From positions 79,081 through 143,080 of the forward strand of contig JBPOIT010000008.1 in the NCBI GenBank assembly GCA_052034235.1: 64,000 nucleotides of DNA. Direction: 5' to 3'. Shown one piece after another: positions 8,100-18,137 of this stretch. Below the pieces are notes generated by a model. That model did no database searches and had not been told where the DNA came from. It was given only the letters and a program-made list of their open reading frames with translations. Made by a program: the position numbers and the translations under genes. This DNA comes from Candidatus Levyibacteriota bacterium (GTDB lineage Bacteria; Patescibacteriota; Microgenomatia; Levybacterales; UBA12049). How positions within the stretch are numbered: the stretch's first letter is position 1; each line of letters begins with the position of its first letter.

Positions 8100-8978
8100 G
8101 TGTATAATCTTCCTTTTATGATTACTCAAGAAAGACACAAACGATCCGGTGAGTATTATGCAAAAGTTCTTTGGGGAATGAGCGAACGAAGGACGAGTCG
8201 AAGAATAGATAGACTGGATGTTCCGCAAGATGACAAAGATCTTGCAAAGCAACTATTAACAAGTCACAAAAATAGGTATTCATCAGTAGCGGCCTTAGAA
8301 GTTCCACATCTAGAATTAAGCCCAACTGAGAAATTAGGTGTTGTTTTTTTTATATCTTCAATTTTTGCTGTCGATGACCTGATCGATACGAACAAAAAAA
8401 ATGGTTCTACTAACCTGTTTAGCGAACAGCTAGATACGCTTAAGGTAAGAGACACTGGAATAACAGTAGCACAGTTGCGAGACAAGGTATACGATTCCTT
8501 TGCTGGTGATAAACGTACACTTCTGGAAAGATATTATGCAAGTATGCTTGAGTTACATAACCAGGGACACGTAGCACCTGCCGGTACATATAGTTTTAAG
8601 GATGCATGGGAATACAAAGAAAATACTACTGTGCCGTTTGTAGAAACAGTTGCTGATTTAGTTGGCTTTGATGCTAATAGGCGTAATGATGTGAGTGCAG
8701 GAGCGATGGCTTTACAATTAGTTGATGATGCGAATGATATTGCACAAGATACACAAGAAAAATCAATGAATATCTATCTTGGCCTTGCAACTGATAACGG
8801 TGAATTATCACAAATAGATTGTGCACTTAGAAATAAGGACTTGACACGAACCGAACTATTCAAGGCTGCCCCGTTAACACATGCACAGTATCTAAATATA
8901 TTTGACGTAGCTGTCTCACACTTGTCAAAACCAGGTAGACGTGGAATTTTGCGAGCAATAGGGAGAATTTATATGTAG
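8100..8978 (+). CDS. isoprenoid-synthase-fold protein (class I terpene synthase / phytoene-squalene synthase-like), tentative
   Basis: Two Asp-rich motifs ~120 aa apart: FAVDDLID (DDxxD) and LVDDANDIAQDTQE (DDxxD overlapping ND..Q...E, NSE/DTE-like); ALQLVDDAND...NIYLG resembles CrtB/SQS second motif; start more likely ATG 8118 (leaderless after TTGATA-17-TATAAT promoter at 8080-8108). Confidence 0.35.
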   Translation: MYNLPFMITQERHKRSGEYYAKVLWGMSERRTSRRIDRLDVPQDDKDLAKQLLTSHKNRYSSVAALEVPHLELSPTEKLGVVFFISSIFAVDDLIDTNKKNGSTNLFSEQLDTLKVRDTGITVAQLRDKVYDSFAGDKRTLLERYYASMLELHNQGHVAPAGTYSFKDAWEYKENTTVPFVETVADLVGFDANRRNDVSAGAMALQLVDDANDIAQDTQEKSMNIYLGLATDNGELSQIDCALRNKDLTRTELFKAAPLTHAQYLNIFDVAVSHLSKPGRRGILRAIGRIYM

Positions 8979-9032
8979 AGCATTCGCACCTTGAACAACA
9001 GGTGTAAATCTATTATAATTCATTTTACACAT

Positions 9033-9869
9033 ATGGCAAAAGCAATACTTGCTCGTCAGGATGACGGGACACTTACATTGACACTTACTATCCCTCAGGA
9101 AGCGGTTAAAAAGGCTCGCACTGAAGTCGTTAAAAACATGGCTGCAGGTGCTGAACTACCTGGATTCCGCAAAGGAAAGGCTCCTGAAAAATTGGTTGAA
9201 GAAAAACTCAATCAAGATCAGGTTCGTGAAGAAATCCTTAAAAACTTACTTCCACAGATCTACACAGATGCAGTTGAAGAACATAAGATAAGGCCTATCA
9301 TGAATCCAAAACTCCATGTTGAGAAAATTGAAGACGACAAAGACTGGATTGTTACTGCATTGACCTGCGAAATGCCTGAAGTTGATCCTGGCGCTTACAA
9401 AGAAAATGTGAAGAAAATAACAGCAAAAAGTAAAATAGTTATCCCAGGTAAGGAAGAGGAAGCAAAAAAACCAAGTACAGAAGAAGTACTGAAAGTCGTT
9501 CTTGATGGAGCAAAGGTAAGTGTACCTGCAATTCTTGTTGAACAGGAAGCAGATAGATTAATTGCACAGCTTTTGGATGATATTAAACGTCTTGGACTGA
9601 GCCTTGATCAATATCTCGGTTCTACCAAGCGAAACCCTCAAGATCTGCGAGCAGAATACGCAACACGAGCAGAAAGTGATATCAAACTCGAATTTGTGCT
9701 TCAAAAAATCGCAGAAGATGCAAAGATATCAGTTGATCCAAAAGAAGTAGACGAGGCTATCACCAAGGCTAAGAGTCCTCAAGAAAAAGAGAGCATGGAA
9801 GCGAATAGATACCTTCTTGCAGGCATACTGAGACAACAGAAAACGCTTGATTTCTTAATGAATCTATGA
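9033..9869 (+). CDS. tig: trigger factor, short form lacking the PPIase domain
   Basis: N-terminal ribosome-binding signature GFRKGKAP; C-terminal arm-domain-like region; only ~279 aa so the central FKBP domain is absent; ATG at 9033 chosen over upstream in-frame start. Confidence 0.6.
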   Translation: MAKAILARQDDGTLTLTLTIPQEAVKKARTEVVKNMAAGAELPGFRKGKAPEKLVEEKLNQDQVREEILKNLLPQIYTDAVEEHKIRPIMNPKLHVEKIEDDKDWIVTALTCEMPEVDPGAYKENVKKITAKSKIVIPGKEEEAKKPSTEEVLKVVLDGAKVSVPAILVEQEADRLIAQLLDDIKRLGLSLDQYLGSTKRNPQDLRAEYATRAESDIKLEFVLQKIAEDAKISVDPKEVDEAITKAKSPQEKESMEANRYLLAGILRQQKTLDFLMNL

Positions 9870-9884
9870 TAGAGTCCACATACT

Positions 9885-10517
9885 ATGGGCAAAACAAAGA
9901 CAAAGCAGCTTAACCCACTTCAGCACAGCCTGGAGACAGTCCAGGATTATGCCTCCAATGGGGCAAAAAACATCGTTAAAAGTTCCGCAGACATCGCAGG
10001 TCAATCAACTAACGATTTCTTTGAGATGCTTGGACTCGATACCAAACCTGAATCCCAAGGCAATAAAGATCCAAGACGTGGTGAAGTTGAACTTTTTAGT
10101 TCAGAAAAAAAGCATAAAGTAGAATCACGAGCACATATCGAATATCATGATGAAATTCGTAAATCTGGCGAACATGCAAACCGAGCCGTAGAAAGCCAAG
10201 CAATTCGCAAAATCCAAGAGGCACTTTCTGAGATACAACAGCTTATAAAATCAAGTAAAACCCTAGAAATTGAATTTGCTGAATTTGCAGTAATGGAAGC
10301 ACCAACCGAAGTGGGAGAATATGACCTCAATTTCTTTGAATGGCTCATGCTTACTATTAAACAAGCCCGTGAGAAAGTTGAAGATTCAGGAGCTTGGCTA
10401 TCTGCAGTAAAAGGCAAAAACGGTAAAAAGGGTACAGATTATTGGTCAATGTCTCAAAAGCACGGGACATCTTTCAGCATGTCCAATGAACGCTCCAGTG
10501 CAACTTCAGTCGGTTAA
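9885..10517 (+). CDS. hypothetical protein
   Basis: 210 aa ORF, charged, no recognisable motif; 3' end overlaps sufU convergently by 12 nt. Confidence 0.4.
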   Translation: MGKTKTKQLNPLQHSLETVQDYASNGAKNIVKSSADIAGQSTNDFFEMLGLDTKPESQGNKDPRRGEVELFSSEKKHKVESRAHIEYHDEIRKSGEHANRAVESQAIRKIQEALSEIQQLIKSSKTLEIEFAEFAVMEAPTEVGEYDLNFFEWLMLTIKQAREKVEDSGAWLSAVKGKNGKKGTDYWSMSQKHGTSFSMSNERSSATSVG

Positions 10518-10871
10518 AGCTTTACTTAAGGTCGTATAAACGAGCAGCGCGCATTTCGTTCTCGTTGGCGTCAATTCCACTTCTAATAACTTCAAAACAT
10601 CACTCGGCTTCATTTCCTTAATATATGTACACGTTTTGCCTTTTATTTCTTCCGTAAAAAGAGATGCTGATGCTTTTGAAATTGAGCACCCCTCTGATTC
10701 GAAAGCAATTTGTTCAATCTTTTCATTCTTTAGCTTGGCAGTAATATGGATTTTATCTCCACAAAGAGGATTTACATCAGATATATCAATATCAGCATCC
10801 TTAATTACCCCATAATTTAATGGATGTTTCCAATGTTCTAAAATTATTTCGCGATAAATATGATCCTGCAT
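10506..10871 (-). CDS. sufU: SufU/IscU-type Fe-S cluster scaffold
   Basis: NPLCGD, EGCSISKASA and TKCALL motifs (three conserved Cys of U-type scaffolds); last gene of suf cluster. Confidence 0.75.
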   Translation of the reverse strand: MQDHIYREIILEHWKHPLNYGVIKDADIDISDVNPLCGDKIHITAKLKNEKIEQIAFESEGCSISKASASLFTEEIKGKTCTYIKEMKPSDVLKLLEVELTPTRTKCALLVYTTLSKALTD

Positions 10872-10872
10872 A

Positions 10873-12075
10873 TTAAAGATTAAACGTTTTTTTGACCGCC
10901 GCTAAACCGTCAACCAATCGGTCGATATCTTCTTTTGTTGTATACAGTGAAACTGATGCACGAGCCGTTGCTATAACACCTAATCTCTTCATCAAAACCT
11001 GACAGCAATGATGACCAGAGCGTATTGCTACATTATGACTATCAAGCACTTGCGCAATGTCATGTGGATGAATACCGGGTATTTCAAACGAAAAGATACC
11101 TATACGATTTTCACTTGTCTTGGACCCGTGAAGTTTGAGATAGGGGAGTGATGTTAGTTTTTCTAACCCATACGCAGTTAATGCTGCGTCATGTTTCATA
11201 ATAGTTTCAAAACCACTCTTTTGGATGTAGGCAATTGCTGCTCTAAGTCCTGCAACACCTTCTAAATTACCAGTTCCGGCTTCAAATTTTTCAGGCACAT
11301 CAGCATAGACTACTTTTTCTTTGGTAACAGTTTTAATCATATGGCTACCCACAATAACCGGATTCATGTTTTCTAACAGAGCTTGCCTGGCCCACAAAAC
11401 ACCCACACCCGAAGGACCAAACATTTTGTGAGCTGAAAAAGTAAGAAAATCACAATCTAGTGTTTGAACATCGATAGGAAGGTGAGCAATAGATTGAGCA
11501 GCATCAATTAACACTTTGATCTCAGGATTTCTTTTTTTAAACTGGCGGATAATATCATCAATTGGATTAATCGTACCGAGGACATTGGAAATATGCGTTA
11601 AGGCAAGCAGTTTAACGTTTGCTGGCACTGAAATGATGAGTCTTCCTTCTTCGTTTATAGGAAGAAAAACAATTTCAATGCCAATTTCATCCTTCAAACG
11701 GAGCCATGGCACGAGATTTGCATGATGTTCCATTTCAGTGAGGACCACCACATCACCTTTTTTAAGAAACTTACGAGCCCAACCCTCAGCCACATAATTG
11801 ATTGATTGATTTGTATTGCTTGTAAAAATTATTTCATTTCGCGATTTTGCGCCAATGAATCTTGCAACGACATCACGTGTCGCTTCATACACTGCAGTCG
11901 CTTCTTCTGCTAATTTATAAATGCCCCGGTGAATATTGGCATTTTTCTTTATATAAAACTCAGTTACTGTATCAATCACTATTTGCGGCTTTTGACTTGT
12001 CGCTGCTGAATCTAAATACGTTAACTCCTGATAATTTTTAAAAATTGGGAAATCTTTTTTGAAGTTACTCAACAT
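10873..12075 (-). CDS. sufS: cysteine desulfurase SufS
   Basis: PLP-lysine motif SAHKMFGPSGVGVLW, HHANLVPW, catalytic Cys in RSGHHCCQ; 400 aa; in suf cluster. Confidence 0.85.
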   Translation of the reverse strand: MLSNFKKDFPIFKNYQELTYLDSAATSQKPQIVIDTVTEFYIKKNANIHRGIYKLAEEATAVYEATRDVVARFIGAKSRNEIIFTSNTNQSINYVAEGWARKFLKKGDVVVLTEMEHHANLVPWLRLKDEIGIEIVFLPINEEGRLIISVPANVKLLALTHISNVLGTINPIDDIIRQFKKRNPEIKVLIDAAQSIAHLPIDVQTLDCDFLTFSAHKMFGPSGVGVLWARQALLENMNPVIVGSHMIKTVTKEKVVYADVPEKFEAGTGNLEGVAGLRAAIAYIQKSGFETIMKHDAALTAYGLEKLTSLPYLKLHGSKTSENRIGIFSFEIPGIHPHDIAQVLDSHNVAIRSGHHCCQVLMKRLGVIATARASVSLYTTKEDIDRLVDGLAAVKKTFNL

Positions 12076-12631
12076 ACGAATTAAGCTCCTTTAGTGCTTT
12101 TTTGGCAGAATCTTCTGGGAATGCTGAAAGCATGCTGTGTAAAAATCCTTGAATGATCAGTGCTTTGGCTGAACGTTCAGAAATACCTCGTGAACGAAGA
12201 TAAAACATTTCAAGATCATTCACACGTCCAACAGTAGTCGCATGTCCAGCTTTGATATCATTTTCTAGAATTTCCAAACTCGGCACAGCGCGGCCTTTGG
12301 CTTTGTTTGACAGAAGCAGTAAATGTGCAGCAAGCCATGCATTTGTTCCTTTGGCTCCTGGTTCAATTTTGACAAGGCCGTCATAATTTACCTGAGCATT
12401 ACCGTCCAATGCCCCTTTGACGATAATTTTACTTGTTGTGTCAGGCTGTTCATGATAAATATTGGTGACCAGATCGAGTTTACTGCTCTCTTTACCAAGA
12501 AGTAAAATCAACAGTGTTATACTTGCTCCTTTGCCAGCAAGTTTAATTGAATACGAAAGCTGCGTTTCATCACCCATCCATAAAACGGGCAAAACTCTCT
12601 CTTCATTTGCTTTAATAATTATTTCATTCAT
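12065..12631 (-). CDS. sufD: SufD-like Fe-S assembly protein (short form)
   Basis: SufB/SufD C-terminal beta-helix-like region; position between sufB and sufS; only 188 aa. Confidence 0.55.
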   Translation of the reverse strand: MNEIIIKANEERVLPVLWMGDETQLSYSIKLAGKGASITLLILLLGKESSKLDLVTNIYHEQPDTTSKIIVKGALDGNAQVNYDGLVKIEPGAKGTNAWLAAHLLLLSNKAKGRAVPSLEILENDIKAGHATTVGRVNDLEMFYLRSRGISERSAKALIIQGFLHSMLSAFPEDSAKKALKELNSYVE

Positions 12632-14031
12632 TACCCAACACTTCCTTCCATAGAGAGACTTATCAAACGATTCAGTTCAACCGCATATTCAAGCGGCAGT
12701 TCTTTGACAATCGGTTCAATAAAACCATTGACGATAAGTGAGGTTGCCTGGGCTTCATCAAGTCCGCGTGACATGAGATAAAAGAGTTGCTGTTCTCCAA
12801 TTTTGGAAACTGAAGCTTCGTGTCCTAATGTAACGTCCTGCTCGTTCACAATATTCACAGGATACGTATCTGACCGTGAAAGTTCATCAAGAAGCAGCGC
12901 ATCGCAGCGCACAAACGATTTACTGCCCCGAGCTCCGTTGACAATTTTTACCATGCCCCGGTAACTTGAACGACCGCCATGCATACTGACAGATTTGGAG
13001 GTAATCGTACTCGTTGTATACGGCGCGAGATGAATAGCTTTACCTCCTGCGTCTTGATGCTGGCCCTTGCCGGCAAATGCGAGTGACAACACTTCACCTC
13101 GTGCACCTTTGCCTGCCAAAATGACTGACGGATATTTCATGGTTGCTTTGGAACCCAAATTGCCATCAATCCACTCGCCAAACCCTTCTTCATGAACAAG
13201 CATGCGTTTGGTGACGAGATTGTAGACATTATTACTCCAGTTCTGGATAGTTGTATAGCGTACACGTGCTCCTTTTTTGACAATAATTTCAACAACAGCA
13301 GCATGCAGTGAGTCTGTTGAGTAAATCGGTGCAGTGCAGCCCTCAACATAATGAACATAACTTCCTTCTTCCGCGATAATAAGCGTACGTTCAAATTGGC
13401 CCATGTTGGCGGCATTGATTCTGAAATATGCTTGAAGGGGAATGGTCACTTGAACGCCAGCCGGAACATAGACAAAACTGCCGCCGCTCCAAACAGCTGA
13501 ATTGAGAGCTGCAAATTTATTATCACTCGGCGGGATGACAGTTCCGAAATATTGACGCACAATGTCAGGATATTTTTGAAGCGCAGTGTCCATGTCGACA
13601 AAAATCACTCCCTGATTTTCCCATTCTTTGCGCAAATTGTGATAAATAACTTCCGAATCATACTGCGCACCTACTCCTGCAAGAAATTTCTTCTCAGCCT
13701 CAGGAATACCAATTTTGTCATAGGTGTCTCGGATATCTTTGGGGACATCATCCCATGAACGGGATTTTTTATCAGACGGACTCACATAATAGTAAAGATT
13801 CTCAAAATCAATGCCCGATAAATCTGCACCCCAACTCGGCATCATTTTTTGCTCAAACATCATATGCGCATTGAGTCTGAATTCCCGCATCCATTCGGGT
13901 TCATTTTTGTGGTAAGAAATTGATTCTACCACATCACGGCTTAACCCTTTAGGCGTTTTGAACACAGCATTTTCCGGTTTGTGGAAACCATATTTGTAGT
14001 CTGTTTTAACAACTGGTTGTGGTGGTTTCAT
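12631..14031 (-). CDS. sufB: Fe-S cluster assembly protein SufB
   Basis: 466 aa, typical SufB core; between sufC and sufD. Confidence 0.8.
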   Translation of the reverse strand: MKPPQPVVKTDYKYGFHKPENAVFKTPKGLSRDVVESISYHKNEPEWMREFRLNAHMMFEQKMMPSWGADLSGIDFENLYYYVSPSDKKSRSWDDVPKDIRDTYDKIGIPEAEKKFLAGVGAQYDSEVIYHNLRKEWENQGVIFVDMDTALQKYPDIVRQYFGTVIPPSDNKFAALNSAVWSGGSFVYVPAGVQVTIPLQAYFRINAANMGQFERTLIIAEEGSYVHYVEGCTAPIYSTDSLHAAVVEIIVKKGARVRYTTIQNWSNNVYNLVTKRMLVHEEGFGEWIDGNLGSKATMKYPSVILAGKGARGEVLSLAFAGKGQHQDAGGKAIHLAPYTTSTITSKSVSMHGGRSSYRGMVKIVNGARGSKSFVRCDALLLDELSRSDTYPVNIVNEQDVTLGHEASVSKIGEQQLFYLMSRGLDEAQATSLIVNGFIEPIVKELPLEYAVELNRLISLSMEGSVG

Positions 14032-14792
14032 ACGTATGTTTCATAACCTGATTCTTCAATTTCTTTGGCAAGGACATGATCCCCTGATTTGGCGATTTTG
14101 CCCTTAATCATCACATGAACAAAATCAGGTTTGATGTAATGCAAAATTCTTTGGTAATGGGTGATAAGTACCAATCCCAGTTTATAATCAAGCGCATTAA
14201 TTGCTTTGGCAATGTATTTCAGCGCATCAACATCCAAACCTGAATCAGGTTCATCAAGAACAGCAAATGCTGGTTTGAGCATAGCCATTTGTAAAATCTC
14301 AGCCTTTTTCTTCTCACCACCTGAAAATCCTTCATTGAGAGAACGTTTGGTTAAATCATCTTGAAAGGCAAGTTGTTCAGCACCTTCTTTTAACTGATTT
14401 CGAAAGGCGATAGGGGAAAGTTTTTTTTCGCCAGTTTTTTTATTCTCATTAATCGCCATACGGAGAAAACTTGCATAATTTACGCCAGTCACCTCGACTG
14501 GATACTGAAAACCAAGAAAGAGCCCTGCTTTGGCACGCTGGTCGGGAGTAAGGGTTGTAATATCAGTTCCGTTTAATGTGATCGTTCCTTCAGTAATTAC
14601 ATAGTGTGGATGTCCCATGAGCACCTGGGCAAGTGTTGATTTGCCACCACCATTCGGACCCATGATTGCATGAATCTCACCTTTTTTTATGGTCAAATTG
14701 ACACCGTTGAGGATTTTTTTACCCTCAACTGTGCCTGCATGCACATTTTTAATTACCAGTGTATCTTTCATTTTTTGTGTGATTCTCTCCAT
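14028..14792 (-). CDS. sufC: Fe-S cluster assembly ATPase SufC
   Basis: Walker [10 protein letters not shown], signature FSGGEKKK, Walker [12 protein letters not shown]; 254 aa. Confidence 0.85.
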   Translation of the reverse strand: MERITQKMKDTLVIKNVHAGTVEGKKILNGVNLTIKKGEIHAIMGPNGGGKSTLAQVLMGHPHYVITEGTITLNGTDITTLTPDQRAKAGLFLGFQYPVEVTGVNYASFLRMAINENKKTGEKKLSPIAFRNQLKEGAEQLAFQDDLTKRSLNEGFSGGEKKKAEILQMAMLKPAFAVLDEPDSGLDVDALKYIAKAINALDYKLGLVLITHYQRILHYIKPDFVHVMIKGKIAKSGDHVLAKEIEESGYETYV

Positions 14793-15021
14793 TCTTTTTC
14801 AAGTTCCTGATTAATTTCCTCAACCATATCATCAACTTCCTCATCACTCAGCCCGTGCATTTGGCCGCCAATCTGCAATGTATCATCTTCGCTGAAATAA
14901 CATCCGGCGCAGTGTATGCCATATTCAGCCAAAAGCTCCGCAGCACGCGGACTCTCCTGCGTAAGGATATTTACTTTATCAAATTTCGTTATAACATAAG
15001 GCGCACTCTGTGTTGTCATAA
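14768..15021 (-). CDS. DUF1858-like small redox-disulfide protein
   Basis: GIHCAGCYFSEDDTLQIGGQMHGLSDEEVDDMVEEIN resembles the hybrid-cluster-associated redox disulfide domain; start taken at internal MTTQ (ATG ~15021); upstream part of the 139-aa ORF overlaps nothing conserved. Confidence 0.45.
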
Positions 15022-15035
15022 TACAATACAAAATT

Positions 15036-16091
15036 TTATAAAGCAGCAATAATTTTGTCCGCAAGTTCGGTGGTAGAAAGTACGTGCTGGGTGGCAATGT
15101 CCTTGGTACCGTAACCTTTGTCCAAAATCGTTTGTACTGCATTATACATGGCGTCTCGCTCTTTTTTAAGTCCAAAGCTATATTCAAGCATCATCGCAGC
15201 TGAAAGCATACTGCCGATTGGATTGGCGTAATTTAATCCAGCTGCTTTTGGGAATGAACCATGAATTGGTTCATATAGTGCATTTTTGAGCCCGATTGAT
15301 GCAGAAGGGAGAAGACCGATTGACCCGGTAATGACTGACGCTTCATCTGTCAAAATATCTCCAAACATATTTTCAGTAAGGACAACATCAAACGCACTCG
15401 GGCGTTTGATAATCTGCATTGAAGCATTGTCGACAAACATATATTCGACAGTAATATCAGGATAGTCTTTTTCCATAGCCTGAACCGTTTCGCGCCACAA
15501 TCGTGAAGTCTCAAGCACATTTGCTTTATCAACAACGGTCAGGTGCTTTTTGCGCTTTTGTGCAACTTCAAAACCATATTTTGCAATTCTCACAATTTCC
15601 GGTTTAGAATATTCTGACGTGTCAAAAGCACTCATTCCATTATTAGTTCTTCCTCGTTTACCAAAATAAATGCCACCGATAAGTTCACGAATAACAACAA
15701 AATCGACGTCTTTAATAATTTCAGCACGCAGCGGTGAACGATCTGCAACACTTTGGAATATTTCTATCGGACGGATATTGGCATACAACCCAAGTGCTTT
15801 TCTGATGCCTAAGATTCCTTGTTCCGGCCTCACTTTGGCTGTGGGATCATTATCATATTTGGGATCACCAATCGCGCCGAGGAGGATAGCGTCTGCTTCT
15901 AAACTCAATTTGTGTGTTTCTTTGGGGTAGGGATCTCCCGTTTTATCAATAGCAACGGCACCAATCAAGCCTTCCTGAAAGGTAAACGTATGGCCAAATT
16001 TTTCAGCTGCCTTTTCTAAAAATCGTACTGCCTGTGTGGTTATTTCTGGTCCAACACCATCACCTGGAAGTACTGCAATTGTTTTTTTCAT
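15036..16091 (-). CDS. leuB: 3-isopropylmalate dehydrogenase
   Basis: GDGVGPE N-terminus, isocitrate/isopropylmalate DH signature region, 351 aa, follows leuD. Confidence 0.85.
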   Translation of the reverse strand: MKKTIAVLPGDGVGPEITTQAVRFLEKAAEKFGHTFTFQEGLIGAVAIDKTGDPYPKETHKLSLEADAILLGAIGDPKYDNDPTAKVRPEQGILGIRKALGLYANIRPIEIFQSVADRSPLRAEIIKDVDFVVIRELIGGIYFGKRGRTNNGMSAFDTSEYSKPEIVRIAKYGFEVAQKRKKHLTVVDKANVLETSRLWRETVQAMEKDYPDITVEYMFVDNASMQIIKRPSAFDVVLTENMFGDILTDEASVITGSIGLLPSASIGLKNALYEPIHGSFPKAAGLNYANPIGSMLSAAMMLEYSFGLKKERDAMYNAVQTILDKGYGTKDIATQHVLSTTELADKIIAAL

Positions 16092-16702
16092 GTTGTACGT
16101 GAATAATCATCAGTTCTGGTTTTTTCAAATGTTTCTTTTTCGCGGGTCAGACTTACCAAATAATCAACATCGTCATAGCCGTTCATGATACAGATTTTTT
16201 TGTAAGGGTTTATGTCAAAGGATTCGTAAAGGTCTTTCTTCGGAATACCGATCGTTTGTTTTTCAATATCAACTTCAATAATAGTCTTATGATCTGTTTG
16301 CACTTCTTTAAAGAGTTTGCGCAAAAACACTTCTGAAACCTGAACCGGGAGAAGGGAATTGTTCAGAGCGTTATTTTTAAAGATATCTGCAAAAAAGCTT
16401 GAAACAACAACGTTAAAACCATAATCAGATAACGCCCATGCTGCATGTTCACGACTGGAACCGCAACCGAAATTTCGGCCGGCAATAAGTATTTCCCCTT
16501 TATAATTTGGATGATTGAGGACAAAATGAGGTTTTGGATTCCCTTCAGGATCAAACCGCCAATCTCGAAACACATTCAGCCCAAAACCTTCACGAGTCGT
16601 CGCTTTGAGAAACCGCGCCGGAATAATCTGATCAGTATCCACATCCTGCATATCGAGTGGTACTGCTGTTGAAATAATTTTTGTAAGTTTCTTTTTGGTC
16701 AT
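16088..16702 (-). CDS. leuD: 3-isopropylmalate dehydratase small subunit
   Basis: 204 aa aconitase swivel domain; between leuC and leuB with 4-nt overlaps. Confidence 0.8.
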   Translation of the reverse strand: MTKKKLTKIISTAVPLDMQDVDTDQIIPARFLKATTREGFGLNVFRDWRFDPEGNPKPHFVLNHPNYKGEILIAGRNFGCGSSREHAAWALSDYGFNVVVSSFFADIFKNNALNNSLLPVQVSEVFLRKLFKEVQTDHKTIIEVDIEKQTIGIPKKDLYESFDINPYKKICIMNGYDDVDYLVSLTREKETFEKTRTDDYSRTT

Positions 16703-16704
16703 AT

Positions 16705-18120
16705 TTAAATAAACTTTCTTACATCACTTACTTTCCCAGTAATTGCTGCGACGGCTGCGGTCATGGGACTTACGAGAAATGTTCTTGCACCCGGACCTTG
16801 GCGGCCTTGGAAATTACGATTGGAAGTTGAGACACAATATTTTCCGGCAGGAATTTTATCTTCGTTCATCCCAAGACAGGCAGAACAGCCTGCACCTCGC
16901 ATATCAAATCCTGCTTCGGTAAAAATTGTATTAAGGCCTTCTTTTTCGATTTGTTTGGCAACTTGCGCTGAACCAGGAACGACAAAAACAGTAAGTCCGG
17001 CTGGCTTTTTCTTGCCTTTAACAAGAGCTGCAACTTTTCGAAAATCTTCAATACGCGAATTGGTACAAGAACCGAGAAAAACATAATCAACTTTGTGACC
17101 CAAAAGCTTCTTGCCTTGTTTATCAGTCAAACCCATATACTCCATAGCTTTTAAGAAACTATCTCGTTCCGGTGCTGTTTCAAGTGTATCAACGGTCGGG
17201 ATACGTTTGGTAATACCAATTCCCATACCAGGATTGGTACCATACGTGATCATTGGCTCAATATCTGAGGCATTTATATAAAGTTCACGATCATATTCCG
17301 CTCCTGCGTCAGATGGAAGCGTTTTCCAATATGCTACTGCCTTATCCCACTCTTTTCCCTTAGGTGCAAACTTACGACCTTTCATATAGGCAAATGTTGT
17401 CTCATCAGGTGCAATCATTCCTCCACGAGCACCCATTTCAATACTCATATTACAAATCGTCATGCGGGCTTCCATAGAAAGCGAACGGATTGCTGAACCA
17501 GAATATTCGACAAAATAGCCTGTACCACCTGAGGCTGAGATTTGAGCGATAATATAAAGAATAATATCCTTTGAGCTGACACCTTTGCCTAATTCACCCT
17601 CAATTCGGATATTCATGGTTTTCGGTTTGTACTGGAGAATAGTTTGTGTTGCTAAAACTTGCTCAACCTCGCTTGTTCCGATTCCAAACGCAATCGCTCC
17701 GAATGCACCGTGTGTAGAAGTATGGCTGTCACCACAGACAATTGTCATGCCTGGTTTAGTAATACCAAGTTCCGGACCAATAACGTGAACAATGCCTTGA
17801 TAAGGATGTCCCAAACCATACAAACGAACGCCAAACTCTTTGCAATTACTTTCAAGCATCGCGACCTGTTTGCGTGACATTTCTTCTTTTATGGGTTTAT
17901 CCTGATCTTTGGTGGGAACATTGTGATCCATTGTCGCCCACGTACGATCAAGTCGGGAAACTTTTAACCCGCGCTTTCTTAAACCATTAAATGCCTGAGG
18001 ACTGGTTACTTCATGAATCAGATGTGCGTCAATATAAAAAACTGCGGGATAACTTTCCTGTTGATGAACAACATGTGCGTTCCAGATCTTTTCGAATAAC
18101 GTTTGTGGTTTCTTTGCCAT
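16705..18120 (-). CDS. leuC: 3-isopropylmalate dehydratase large subunit
   Basis: aconitase family Cys ligands (GSCTNS, CGPCIG-like CSACLGMN), 471 aa. Confidence 0.85.
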   Translation of the reverse strand: MAKKPQTLFEKIWNAHVVHQQESYPAVFYIDAHLIHEVTSPQAFNGLRKRGLKVSRLDRTWATMDHNVPTKDQDKPIKEEMSRKQVAMLESNCKEFGVRLYGLGHPYQGIVHVIGPELGITKPGMTIVCGDSHTSTHGAFGAIAFGIGTSEVEQVLATQTILQYKPKTMNIRIEGELGKGVSSKDIILYIIAQISASGGTGYFVEYSGSAIRSLSMEARMTICNMSIEMGARGGMIAPDETTFAYMKGRKFAPKGKEWDKAVAYWKTLPSDAGAEYDRELYINASDIEPMITYGTNPGMGIGITKRIPTVDTLETAPERDSFLKAMEYMGLTDKQGKKLLGHKVDYVFLGSCTNSRIEDFRKVAALVKGKKKPAGLTVFVVPGSAQVAKQIEKEGLNTIFTEAGFDMRGAGCSACLGMNEDKIPAGKYCVSTSNRNFQGRQGPGARTFLVSPMTAAVAAITGKVSDVRKFI

Positions 18121-18137
18121 AGATTTAAACTAACATG

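Noticed and set aside
16763-17090. Antisense ORFs inside leuC (and many similar 60-150-aa ORFs inside ilvD, ilvB, ilvC, thrS, aroB, pheT etc.)
   Set aside because: Embedded in strongly supported conserved genes on the opposite strand or another frame; low-complexity translations
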